Below, in pieces: positions 1 to 8,436 of a DNA stretch of 24,656 bases. The notes below the pieces were generated by a model. That model saw only the letters and a list, made by a program, of their open reading frames with translations. It was not told the DNA's origin and did no database searches. The DNA is from an uncultured Deinococcales bacterium (GTDB taxonomy: Bacteria; Deinococcota; Deinococci; Deinococcales; JAAFIG01). The position numbers and the translations under genes were made by a program. The stretch is from contig CAXTKV010000060.1 in NCBI GenBank assembly GCA_964244895.1, positions 1-24,656 of the forward strand, read 5' to 3'. Each line of letters begins with the position of its first letter. Position 1 is the first letter of the stretch.

Positions 1-2
1 TG

Positions 3-3000
3 CACCACCAGGGCGTGATCGCGCTCTCGGGCTGCCTGGGCGCGGAAGTGCCCAACCTGATCCTTCAGGACAGGCTGCCGGAGGCCGAGGAGCGGCTCAA
101 GTGGTATCTGGATCTGTTCAAGGACGATTACTACATCGAAATTCAGAACCACGGTCTGCCCGAGCAGGTCAAGGTCAACGCGGTGCTGAAAGCCTGGGCG
201 CAGAAGTACGGCGTCGGCATGGTCGCCACCAACGATGGCCATTACGTCCGCGCCGAGGACGCCTTCGCGCACGAGACACTCCTGGCGATTCAGACCAAAG
301 CGTTGATGAGCGAGGAGAACCGCTTCAAGTTTCCGTGCAACGATTTTTACGTCAAGACGCGCACGGAAATGGAACGGTTGCTCGCGCCCGTCGACTGGGG
401 CGAGGAAATCTTCGACAACACCATGGAAGTCGCCAGCAAGTGCAACCTGGTGCTGCCCATCGGTTCCAAACGCGTCTACCAGATGCCCGCGTTGCCGATC
501 CCCGAAGGCCGCACGATGGACGAGGAATTGCGCGTGCAGGTCTATCAGGGCCTGGTGGTGCGCTTTCCAGAGGACGCCAACGCGAACCTGTTGCGCGAGT
601 ACGTCGAGGCCAGCCTCGAGAGGCTCGAGCCGGAATCGAAATCGCGGGTGCTTGAGCGGCTGCAGGGTTTCGATCCAGAGACCGCCGATCTCGAGAAGCT
701 AGTCCTGGCGACCGCCTACATGGGCTCCCTATGGGTCAGCGCGGGCAAGGAAGCAGGGGAGAAGTACACGCCCTATCCCGGCCTGGACGCGCTCGAGGCG
801 AATGAGACGGCGCGGGCCAGGCTGGGTCACGGTCTGGTCGTGCTGCGCCGCGCGGAGTACGAATCGGGCGTGATCATCCGCATGGGCTTCCCGGATTACT
901 TTTTGATTGTCGCGGATTTCATCAACTGGGCCAAGGATCACGGCATTCGCGTCGGGCCGGGGCGCGGTTCGGGCGCGGGGTCGCTGGTGGCGTATTCCTT
1001 GCGGATCACGAACCTCGACCCGCTGCACTTCGGCCTGCTGTTCGAGCGCTTTCTGAACCCGGATCGCGTCTCGATGCCGGATTTCGACGTGGATTTTTCG
1101 GATTCCCGCCGCAACGAGGTGATCGAGTACGTGCGCGACAAGTACGGCGACGACAAGGTCGCGATGATCGCGACCTTCGGAACGATGTCATCCAGGGCGT
1201 GCTTCAAGGACGTGGCGCGCGTCATGGAGTTGCCGTTCGCGGACGCCGACAAGATCAGCAAGCTCGTGCCGGTCGTGTTCGGCAGGGCCTTGACGCTCGA
1301 TCAGGCCGAAGAGAGTGTGCCGGACATCAAGGCGATGCTCGAGGAAAACCCGAAAGCCCGAGAAGTCTATGAGATCGCCAAATCCCTGGAGGGCCTGACG
1401 CGCCACTCGAGCGTCCACGCGTCCGGCGTGATCATCGGCAAGGAACGATTGGATAACCTGGTGCCGTTGATGCGCGACACCTCCGGCGAGGGCATCGTCT
1501 GCCAGCTCGACATGAGCAGCGTCGAGGACATCGGCTTGATCAAGATGGATTTCCTCGGGCTTCGGACGCTGTCGTTCCTGGAAGAGGCCATGCGGATCGT
1601 CAAGGAATCCAAGGGCGTCAGCCTCGAGCCGGACGACTTCCCGCTGGACGACGCCAAAACCTACGAGTTGATCGCGCGCGGCGAGACCAAGGGCGTCTTC
1701 CAGCTCGAGGGCGGCGGCATCACGGACGCGGCCAAGAAGCTCAAACCGCGCCGCATCGAGGATGTCAACGCGCTTTCGGCGCTCTACCGGCCAGGCCCGA
1801 TGGAGAACATCCCGACCTACATCGAACGCCACCACGGGCGCGAGAAAGTCACTTACGCGGAATTCCCGACCTGCGAGCAATTCCTCGAGCCGATCCTGCG
1901 CGAAACCTACGGCATTCCCGTCTACCAGGAACAGATCATGCAGATCGCCAGCGCGGTCGCCGGGTATTCGCTCGGGCAGGCGGATTTGCTGCGGCGCGCG
2001 ATGGGCAAGAAGAAGATGGAAGAGATGGTCAAGGAACGCCAGAAGTTCCTGGAGGGATCGAAGGCCGCGAACAGCATTCCGGCCAGCGAAGCGAACGGTC
2101 TGTTCGATCTTCTCGAGAAATTTGCCAATTACGGCTTCAACAAGTCGCACAGCGCCGCTTACGCTTTCATCTCGTTCCAGACGGCCTACATCAAGGCGCA
2201 TTATCCGGTCGAATTCATGGCTTCCTTGCTGACCGTCGAACGCCGAGATTCGGACAAGGTCGCGGAGTACATCAACGACGCGCGACAGATCAGGTTGGAA
2301 GGTGGCGAAAGAATCGAGGTTTTGCCGCCCGACATCAACCTGTCCGGCCCGGATTTCCGCGTGGTGGGCGAGAAAATCCTGTTCGGGTTGCTGGCCGTCA
2401 AGAACCTCGGTGATGGCGCGGTCGCGCAGATTCTGGAGGAGCGCAACACGAACGGTTCGTTCAAATCCCTGGCGGATTTCTGTACGCGCACGCGCGAGGC
2501 GGGCTTGAACCGTCGCGCACTGGAAACGCTGGTCAAGGCGGGCGGTTTCGACGCGTTCGGCACGCGCGAGGCGCTGCTGGAATCCCTGGAAGAAACCATG
2601 TCCTACGCGGCGGGTCAGGCCAGCATGAACGCCCAGGGCATGGATTCGTTGTTCGGCATGGCGACCATCGCGCCCGAGCCGAAATTGCGCCATGTCCCAC
2701 CGCCGACCAGCGAAGACGAAGCCCGAGCGCGCGCCATCAAACGCCTCAAGGACGAGAAGGACGCGGTCGGGTTGTACATCACGGGTCACCCGTTGCAGCA
2801 CTATCCCGGCATGCTCGAGGCGGCGTCCACCAAGGCCAACCAGCTCGAAGCGTGGTTCTTCACCTCGAGCGTCGCGCCGGGGTATCGGGGTCGCAAGCGG
2901 GCTCTGCTGGCGGGCACGATTTCCGGGATTCAGCGCAAACCGACCAAATCGGGCAGCATGATGGCGCGCTTCATCCTGACGGACGACACGTCCAGCCTGG

Positions 3001-3461
3001 AACTGGTCGCGTTTTCGAGAGCCTACGAGAAGATCAACGCGAAACTCTCTGAAGACGCGCCCGCGCTGGTGGTGGTCGAGGTCGAACCGGACGGCGAGGG
3101 CGTGCGCGTGACCGCCGAGGACGTGGTCTTGTACGAAGACGCCCAATCCATGCCGAAGGTCATGTACGCCGAACTGAACCTTGAGGACGTGCAGCCCGCG
3201 CAGCTCGATCATCTGGACGCGATCCTGCAGGAACAAGAAGGCACGCCGAACATCCCGATCCGTTTGCGCGTCTTCGGGCCGGGCGGGTACGAACTCTGGG
3301 ATCTGGATGCGCGCGCCACGCCGACCACGCCGGAATTGTTGCGCCACGAATGCCCGTGGTTGCGTTCCAGCCTGGCGATCAACGGCGACGCTGTTCTGGC
3401 CAAGCTCGCGCCGCAGCCGAAACCCTGGGAGAACCGTCAGCAGGGACGGACGCTCAACTGA
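3..3461 (+). CDS. dnaE: DNA polymerase III alpha subunit, 5'-partial (gene starts before the window)
   Basis: PHP motifs (IALSGCL, YIEIQNHG, VATNDGHY), GPGRGSGAGS, catalytic RVSMPDFDVDF, KMDFLGL, YGFNKSHS and a C-terminal OB fold. The frame is open from the window edge. Confidence 0.98.
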   Translation, partial: HHQGVIALSGCLGAEVPNLILQDRLPEAEERLKWYLDLFKDDYYIEIQNHGLPEQVKVNAVLKAWAQKYGVGMVATNDGHYVRAEDAFAHETLLAIQTKALMSEENRFKFPCNDFYVKTRTEMERLLAPVDWGEEIFDNTMEVASKCNLVLPIGSKRVYQMPALPIPEGRTMDEELRVQVYQGLVVRFPEDANANLLREYVEASLERLEPESKSRVLERLQGFDPETADLEKLVLATAYMGSLWVSAGKEAGEKYTPYPGLDALEANETARARLGHGLVVLRRAEYESGVIIRMGFPDYFLIVADFINWAKDHGIRVGPGRGSGAGSLVAYSLRITNLDPLHFGLLFERFLNPDRVSMPDFDVDFSDSRRNEVIEYVRDKYGDDKVAMIATFGTMSSRACFKDVARVMELPFADADKISKLVPVVFGRALTLDQAEESVPDIKAMLEENPKAREVYEIAKSLEGLTRHSSVHASGVIIGKERLDNLVPLMRDTSGEGIVCQLDMSSVEDIGLIKMDFLGLRTLSFLEEAMRIVKESKGVSLEPDDFPLDDAKTYELIARGETKGVFQLEGGGITDAAKKLKPRRIEDVNALSALYRPGPMENIPTYIERHHGREKVTYAEFPTCEQFLEPILRETYGIPVYQEQIMQIASAVAGYSLGQADLLRRAMGKKKMEEMVKERQKFLEGSKAANSIPASEANGLFDLLEKFANYGFNKSHSAAYAFISFQTAYIKAHYPVEFMASLLTVERRDSDKVAEYINDARQIRLEGGERIEVLPPDINLSGPDFRVVGEKILFGLLAVKNLGDGAVAQILEERNTNGSFKSLADFCTRTREAGLNRRALETLVKAGGFDAFGTREALLESLEETMSYAAGQASMNAQGMDSLFGMATIAPEPKLRHVPPPTSEDEARARAIKRLKDEKDAVGLYITGHPLQHYPGMLEAASTKANQLEAWFFTSSVAPGYRGRKRALLAGTISGIQRKPTKSGSMMARFILTDDTSSLELVAFSRAYEKINAKLSEDAPALVVVEVEPDGEGVRVTAEDVVLYEDAQSMPKVMYAELNLEDVQPAQLDHLDAILQEQEGTPNIPIRLRVFGPGGYELWDLDARATPTTPELLRHECPWLRSSLAINGDAVLAKLAPQPKPWENRQQGRTLN

Positions 3462-3497
3462 TGCTCGATCTCGAGACGGAACGAGACCAGAGGTCGT

Positions 3498-3523
3498 AAG
3501 GGCAGGTTCGCGACCTGCCCTTT
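3498..3523 (+). terminator. Hairpin downstream of dnaE (possible intrinsic terminator or REP-type hairpin)
   Basis: Perfect 10-bp stem AAGGGCAGGT-tcgcg-ACCTGCCCTT, 36 nt after the dnaE stop. The U-tract is weak. Confidence 0.5.
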
Positions 3524-3556
3524 CCTCAAGACGCATCAAAATGCGCCATCATGCAA

Positions 3557-3606
3557 AAAGCACCGTCCAGCGCGCGATCTAGAGAATATCGTCCCACACG
3601 GTGTTC
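3557..3606. repeat. Intergenic palindromic repeat family, composite degenerate copy
   Basis: CACCGTCCAGCGCGCGATC followed by GAATATCGTCCCACACGGTGTTC. The latter matches the reverse complement of 12373-12390 at 17/18 nt. Confidence 0.7.
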
Positions 3607-3653
3607 CCAGACCTGATTCTGGAGCATACCGTCCGCGTCTGGCGCGGAAGCCC

Positions 3654-3705
3654 TTCACGGCTCGCGCGTTCAGACCGTATATTGTTGCGAGCCATCGAGA
3701 GGAGG
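3654..3705 (+). promoter_or_regulatory. Putative sigma70 promoter and RBS for the ATP-grasp gene
   Basis: TTCACG (3654-3659), 18-nt spacer, TATATT (3678-3683). GGAGG at 3701-3705 precedes GTG 3710. Confidence 0.4.
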
Positions 3706-3709
3706 GCGC

Positions 3710-5185
3710 GTGTTCAACGGTTACGATCCTGGCGAGTTCTTCGACGAAATGTTCGACGCGCCTGGACGGGCGCGGGCGCATTACGTTCCGATCCTCGATC
3801 GCTTGAACGCGATGGGGCGCGCGGAGTTCGAGCGGCGGCGTTCGATTTCCGATCTGACGTTTCGCAATCAGGGCATCACCTTTACGGTCTACGGCGATTC
3901 GGCGGGCACGGAGCGCACGTTTCCGTTCGATCCGGTGCCGCGCATCATTCCGGCGGACGAATGGGACGTGATCGAGCGCGGCCTCTCGCAGCGCGTGCGC
4001 GCCCTGAATTTCTTCTTGAACGATGTCTACGGCGAACAGCAGATTCTCGAGGATGGGATCGTGCCTCGGGAACTGGTGTTATCGTGTTCCAACTTTCGGC
4101 GCGAGGTGCACGGCGTCAAGTTGCCCCTGGGGGTCTTCACCCACATCGTCGGTACGGACCTGATCCGCGACGATTCCGGGCAGTACATGGTCTTGGAGGA
4201 CAACCTGCGCACGCCGTCCGGCGTGAGTTACGTGCTGGCCAACCGCACCGCCATGACCCGAATCCTGCCGCACATGTTCGAGGGTCAGGGCGTGCGGCCC
4301 GTGCAGCACTACACGACCGCCCTCCTGGAACTCTTGCGCTCGCTTTCCCCGAGGGACATCGAAGACCCGACGATCGTGGTCTTGACGCCCGGTCAGTACA
4401 ACAGCGCGTATTTCGAGCACGCCTTTCTGGCGCAGCAGATGGGCGTGGAACTGGTCGAGGGCCGCGATCTGTTCGTGGCGGAGGGTCGCGTCTGGATGCG
4501 CACCACCTCCGGGCGCGAGCAGGTGGACGTGATCTACCGCCGCGTGGACGACGATTTTTTGGATCCCATGACCTTCCGCGCGGATTCGCAGTTGGGCGTG
4601 GCGGGTCTGGTCGAGGTCTACCGTCAGGGCCGCGTGGCGCTCGCCAACGCGGTCGGGGCGGGCGTGGCGGACGACAAAGCCATCTACGCGTACGTGCCCG
4701 CCATGATCCGTTACTACCTGAACGAAGAGGCGATCCTGCCGAATGTGCCGACCTTCCTGGGGTCAGACAAGGACGGTCTGGCCGAGATGGTCTCGAGGCC
4801 GCAGGAACTGGTGATCAAGGCCGTCGGTGAGGCCGGAGGTTACGGCATGCTGGTCGGGCCAGCCTCGAGCCCATCAGAGATCGCGGAGTTCCTGAAAAAA
4901 GTTCACGCCAACCCGCGCAATTACATCGCGCAGCCGACGATTGGCCTCTCGCGCCACCCGACGTACTACCCGGACAGCGGGCGTTTCGAGCCGTGCCACG
5001 TGGATTTGCGCCCGTACATCCTGGTCGGCGAGAACGTCACGATCATCCCCGGCGGATTGACGCGGGTGGCCTTGAAGCGCGGTTCGCTGGTGGTCAATTC
5101 CAGCCAGGGCGGCGGCTCGAAGGACACGTGGGTGCTGGGGCACGCCGATCAGACGCAATCGCAATCTCAGGGCGGTGAATCGTGA
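3710..5185 (+). CDS. Circularly permuted type 2 ATP-grasp protein
   Basis: GITFTVYGD, FPFDPVPRII, VLEDNLRTPSGVSY, YNSAYFEH, VDVIYRRVDDDFLDP, HVDLRPY and GSLVVNSSQGGGSKDTWV. Strong RBS. Confidence 0.95.
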   Translation: MFNGYDPGEFFDEMFDAPGRARAHYVPILDRLNAMGRAEFERRRSISDLTFRNQGITFTVYGDSAGTERTFPFDPVPRIIPADEWDVIERGLSQRVRALNFFLNDVYGEQQILEDGIVPRELVLSCSNFRREVHGVKLPLGVFTHIVGTDLIRDDSGQYMVLEDNLRTPSGVSYVLANRTAMTRILPHMFEGQGVRPVQHYTTALLELLRSLSPRDIEDPTIVVLTPGQYNSAYFEHAFLAQQMGVELVEGRDLFVAEGRVWMRTTSGREQVDVIYRRVDDDFLDPMTFRADSQLGVAGLVEVYRQGRVALANAVGAGVADDKAIYAYVPAMIRYYLNEEAILPNVPTFLGSDKDGLAEMVSRPQELVIKAVGEAGGYGMLVGPASSPSEIAEFLKKVHANPRNYIAQPTIGLSRHPTYYPDSGRFEPCHVDLRPYILVGENVTIIPGGLTRVALKRGSLVVNSSQGGGSKDTWVLGHADQTQSQSQGGES

Positions 5186-5205
5186 TCTCGGGGTATCAGG
5201 TACAA

Positions 5206-5253
5206 GAAGACCGTCCAGCACGCATCTCGAGAATACTGTGCTGGACGGTCTTC
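5206..5253. repeat. Intergenic palindromic repeat family, long form
   Basis: Perfect 16-bp inverted repeat GAAGACCGTCCAGCAC / GTGCTGGACGGTCTTC with a 16-nt loop containing CTCGAG. Confidence 0.9.
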
Positions 5254-5284
5254 CTGAAAATCGAAGGTTTTTGGGGAGGTGCCG

Positions 5285-6217
5285 ATGCTCTCTCGAGTGG
5301 CTGAGAACCTGTTCTGGATCGGGCGGTACATCGAACGGGCCGAGAACGCGGCGCGATTGCTGGACGTGAACTACTATGCGACCCTCGAGACGGACGGGCT
5401 GGTGACGGAACAGTGGGCTCCGCTATTGGTGATCACGGGTTCGGAGGACGATTTCCGCAAGCGCGGCGAGCGGGCGGACGGGCGCACGGTGCCGTCGTGG
5501 TTGGCCTTCGCGCCGGACAACCCCTCGAGCATCCGGGCGTGCATCGCGCAGGCGCGAGAGAACGCGAGGGCGCTGCGGGATCGCATTTCATCGGAGATGT
5601 GGGAATGCATCAACCGCGCGTACCACAAGCTCTGCTTCGGTACGGAATTCGTGCTGCCCAACGATGGTCTGCACGATTACTGCGTCGAGGCTCGCGAAGT
5701 CAGCCACCTGTTTTACGGCATCGCCCAGGCGACCTTACCGCGCGAGATGGGCTGGGAGTTCCTGCGGGCTGGTCAGAAGCTCGAGCGGGGCGACAACATC
5801 TTGCGGCTCTTGCAGGTGCGATATCGGCGTTCCGGCGGTCAGGCCGTGGCGGAAGCCATCGAGAACCACCGTTGGATGGCCGTGCTGAAGACCGCCAGCG
5901 CCTACGAAGCCTTCCGCAAGCACTACCAGACGCGTCTGGAAGCCCGCCGGATCGCGGAATTCTTGTTGCTGGACGAGGAATTCCCGCGCAGCGTGCGCTA
6001 CTGCGCGGACGCCTTGCGCGGCTGCCTGGAAGCCATCGCGGATGCCAACCCCGGCTCGAGACGGGACGCGCTGCGCGAGGTCGGGTGGTTGTCCGCGCGT
6101 TTGCAGTACGCGACGATCGACAGCATCCTGGACGCGGAAAACCCCAGCCTGGAGATGCTGCTGGGCGATTTCAACGCGGTCGGGCAGGCGGTCTTCGAGG
6201 CGTACTTCAAGTCATAA
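5285..6217 (+). CDS. Alpha-E domain-containing protein (DUF403)
   Basis: MLSRVAENLFWIGRYIERAEN, ARENAR, ISSEMWECIN, GQKLERGD and FPRSVRY are the ER motifs of the family. ATG 5285 follows GGAGG at 5275-5279. Confidence 0.95.
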   Translation: MLSRVAENLFWIGRYIERAENAARLLDVNYYATLETDGLVTEQWAPLLVITGSEDDFRKRGERADGRTVPSWLAFAPDNPSSIRACIAQARENARALRDRISSEMWECINRAYHKLCFGTEFVLPNDGLHDYCVEAREVSHLFYGIAQATLPREMGWEFLRAGQKLERGDNILRLLQVRYRRSGGQAVAEAIENHRWMAVLKTASAYEAFRKHYQTRLEARRIAEFLLLDEEFPRSVRYCADALRGCLEAIADANPGSRRDALREVGWLSARLQYATIDSILDAENPSLEMLLGDFNAVGQAVFEAYFKS

Positions 6218-6264
6218 GGGCGAACGTCTCTGCGGCGGCAGCCTCGAGGTTGCCATTGTTCCTT

Positions 6265-6283
6265 CCAGGACGGTGCTCTCGAG
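6265..6283. repeat. Half copy of the intergenic repeat
   Basis: CCAGGACGGTGCTCTCGAG matches the right arm of the family. Confidence 0.5.
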
Positions 6284-6401
6284 CGTGAACGAAGCCCGGT
6301 CGGGCGATCTCAGGTACACGTTTTCGAGGTTTTGCTCATCAAAACTGAAGTACACTGACGGCTGTTGTCATCACGGATTCAACCCGGCTTTTGAGGTTCC
6401 T

Positions 6402-7331
6402 TTGCGCGCTCACATCCTGCACACCACCGATTACCGTTACCCCCTGGACGCCAGAGATTCGTTCAACGAATTGCGGCTTCAGCCCGCCGACGACGACCGT
6501 CAGACGGTGCTCGAGTTCAAACTCGAGGTCGAAGCGTATGCCCTGGCGGTCAACCAGTTCACCGGATCCGGCGCGTCGCGCAAGGCGAAGCTGGTCCGCT
6601 TGCCGGACGTGAGCTTGCAGAGCCGACTGGACTACTTCGGAACGCACGTTCACCACGCGCACGTGCGCGAGCGCCACCGCCACCTGCGCGTCCAGACCCG
6701 CAGCGTCGTGATCACGCAACCCACGCCGCAGATCGGGCGGGTCGAGGCCGCTGCGCTGGTCGGCTTCGCCCGGCGTTTCTACGAGTTCACGGCCAGCTCG
6801 AAGCGCGTACCGCTCGAGACGGACTGGATGAACCTGCTGGGCTGGCACGCGTTGGAACCCGAGATGGATCTGCTGACGTATCTGGACGGTCTGACCGCGC
6901 ACCTGCACGCGCGCTTCACCTACGCGCCCGGTGCGACCAGCGTGGACACGCCCCTGGGGGTCTTCGTGGCCTCCGGTAGCGGCGTCTGCCAGGATTACGT
7001 CCACGCCATGCTCGGGGTCTGCCGCCGGGTGGGAATTCCCGCGCGGTACGTGTCAGGGTACCTGTACGCCGGTCAGGATTTCGTGGGTGCGGAAGCCACG
7101 CACGCCTGGATCGAGTGTTTCGTGCCCGGCGCGGGCTGGTTGGGTTTCGATCCGACGAACGACATCCGGGTCGGTGAATCGCACGTCAAGATCGGTCACG
7201 GGCGCGATTACGACGACGTTCCGCCGATCAAGGGCTTGCGCACCGGCGGCGGTTCCGAGACGCTCGGGGTCGAAGTTCAGGTCGAGCTCGAGGAACCCGT
7301 CGCGGTGCAGATGGAAGACTTGCAGCAGTAA
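6402..7331 (+). CDS. Transglutaminase-like protein (Bact_transglu_N + transglutaminase core)
   Basis: HTTDYRY..SFNELRLQP N-domain and the catalytic triad motifs GVCQD, THAW and GFDPTN, plus GRDYDDVPP. Start moved to TTG 6402, which follows GAGG at 6393-6396. Confidence 0.92.
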   Translation: MRAHILHTTDYRYPLDARDSFNELRLQPADDDRQTVLEFKLEVEAYALAVNQFTGSGASRKAKLVRLPDVSLQSRLDYFGTHVHHAHVRERHRHLRVQTRSVVITQPTPQIGRVEAAALVGFARRFYEFTASSKRVPLETDWMNLLGWHALEPEMDLLTYLDGLTAHLHARFTYAPGATSVDTPLGVFVASGSGVCQDYVHAMLGVCRRVGIPARYVSGYLYAGQDFVGAEATHAWIECFVPGAGWLGFDPTNDIRVGESHVKIGHGRDYDDVPPIKGLRTGGGSETLGVEVQVELEEPVAVQMEDLQQ

Positions 7332-7435
7332 AGCTCGAGTCCGCACGCCCCTGACGGAACCGTCCGGGACGAATGGGTGTCTCGAGAACCTGGAGGGCTG
7401 CCGCGATCCCGCATCGAATCTCGTGCTGGTGCGGG

Positions 7436-7502
7436 AAGACCGTTCCAGACGGTCTTTTTTGAAATTCAGGAACACCGTCTCGCACGGTGTTCCTGAATTT
7501 CA
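7436..7502. repeat. Two tandem short-form palindromes between convergent genes (possible bidirectional terminator)
   Basis: AAGACCGT-tccag-ACGGTCTT (7436-7456) followed by a T-run, then a perfect 19-bp IR TGAAATTCAGGAACACCGT-ctcgc-ACGGTGTTCCTGAATTTCA (7460-7502). Confidence 0.9.
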
Positions 7503-8006
7503 GGCCATTCGCGGCGCGTTCGGGTCGGGTGAATCGAGGCGCAAAGGTTTCTCTTCTGGTTCACCGGAAGCTGCACCCTCGAGCGTGACCTTCAGGTACT
7601 CGAGCGCAAGCCGGTAACCCTGCGCCCCGAACCCGGCGATCGTGCCGACGCAGACGGCAGCCACGACGCTGTGGTGCCGGAATTCCTCTCGGGCTTGGAC
7701 GTTCGAGAGGTGAAGCTCGATCACGGGCAGGGGTTGGCCGGAAATCGCGTCGCGCAGCGCAATCGAGTAGTGCGTCAACGCGCCCGGATTGAGGATGATC
7801 GCGCGGAAGCCGTCATCGAGGGCTTCCTGAACCCACTCCAGCATCTGCCCTTCATAGTTCGACTGGCGGCACGCGACCCGCAAACCGAGCTCGAGCCCCC
7901 AGGCTTCGCAGCGCCGTTCCAGATCGTCCAGCGTGTCGTGCCCGTAGACCTCGGGCTGGCGAGTGCCGAGTCGGTTGAGGTTCGGGCCGTTCAGAATCAA
8001 AACCAC
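7500..8006 (-). CDS. aroQ: Type II 3-dehydroquinate dehydratase
   Basis: VLILNGPNLNRLGTRQPEVYG, QSNYEG, NPGALTHYSIALRDAI and ELHLSNVQAREEFRH. Start set at GTG 8006, 6 nt after a CATGAT -10-like box. Confidence 0.95.
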   Translation of the reverse strand: MVLILNGPNLNRLGTRQPEVYGHDTLDDLERRCEAWGLELGLRVACRQSNYEGQMLEWVQEALDDGFRAIILNPGALTHYSIALRDAISGQPLPVIELHLSNVQAREEFRHHSVVAAVCVGTIAGFGAQGYRLALEYLKVTLEGAASGEPEEKPLRLDSPDPNAPRMA

Positions 8007-8118
8007 GCGAGCATCATGACACGCTTCAAGGGTCGTCTCGAGCGGTGCGGTGTGCGGGTTGGATCGCGTGCCTCTATCTGTGCCGCCCCACCGCGTTGCT
8101 CTGATGACGCTACTCAGC

Positions 8119-8177
8119 GAACACCGTCCAGCACGCAGATTTTGCATTCTCGAGAAGGCTGTCCTGGACGGTCTTTC
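8119..8177. repeat. Intergenic palindromic repeat family, long form
   Basis: GAACACCGTCCAGCACGCA...CTCGAG...GTCCTGGACGGTCTTTC, between divergent genes. Confidence 0.85.
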
Positions 8178-8436
8178 CTTTGTGCGCAGCTTGTGTCCGG
8201 CGGTTTGGCCCCGGACTTCATCCTGAATTGATCCTGGCCGCTAACATGATCAGAAGTGATGCGTTCCAAAAACGACATTCTGCGTACCCGACACCGAAGA
8301 ATGATGATTCGTGTCGGATATCGTTTCGCTCTGCCCGCAAAAAGCGGCATAATGTTGTGCATGCTGCCCCAGGTTCTCGAGCCGCTCACACCGACGGGTG
8401 AAGCTTCATGATGCGCGCTGAAGCAGGTGATGCCTC

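Noticed and set aside
564..840. Intein in DnaE
   Set aside because: There is no N-terminal Cys/Ser block, no His-Asn C-terminus and no endonuclease motifs.
1188..3539. Long antisense and alternate-frame ORFs (783 aa opposite dnaE; also 20838-22376, 19295-20572, 14845-15972, 3601-4830)
   Set aside because: They are shadow ORFs of high-GC genes, overlap confidently identified CDSs and carry no motifs.
6042..6401. Extended N-termini from the ORF track (transglutaminase 6042, aroQ 8147, DeoR 18958, ygfA 23396)
   Set aside because: They overlap neighbouring genes or repeats and lack family similarity. Downstream starts fit the family N-termini and mostly have an SD or leaderless -10.
8114..8389. 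Recurrent 'CVLDG/VLDGVL' peptide in several small ORFs as a peptide family
   Set aside because: It is simply the translation of the repeat arm GTGCTGGACGGT, and the ORFs share nothing else.
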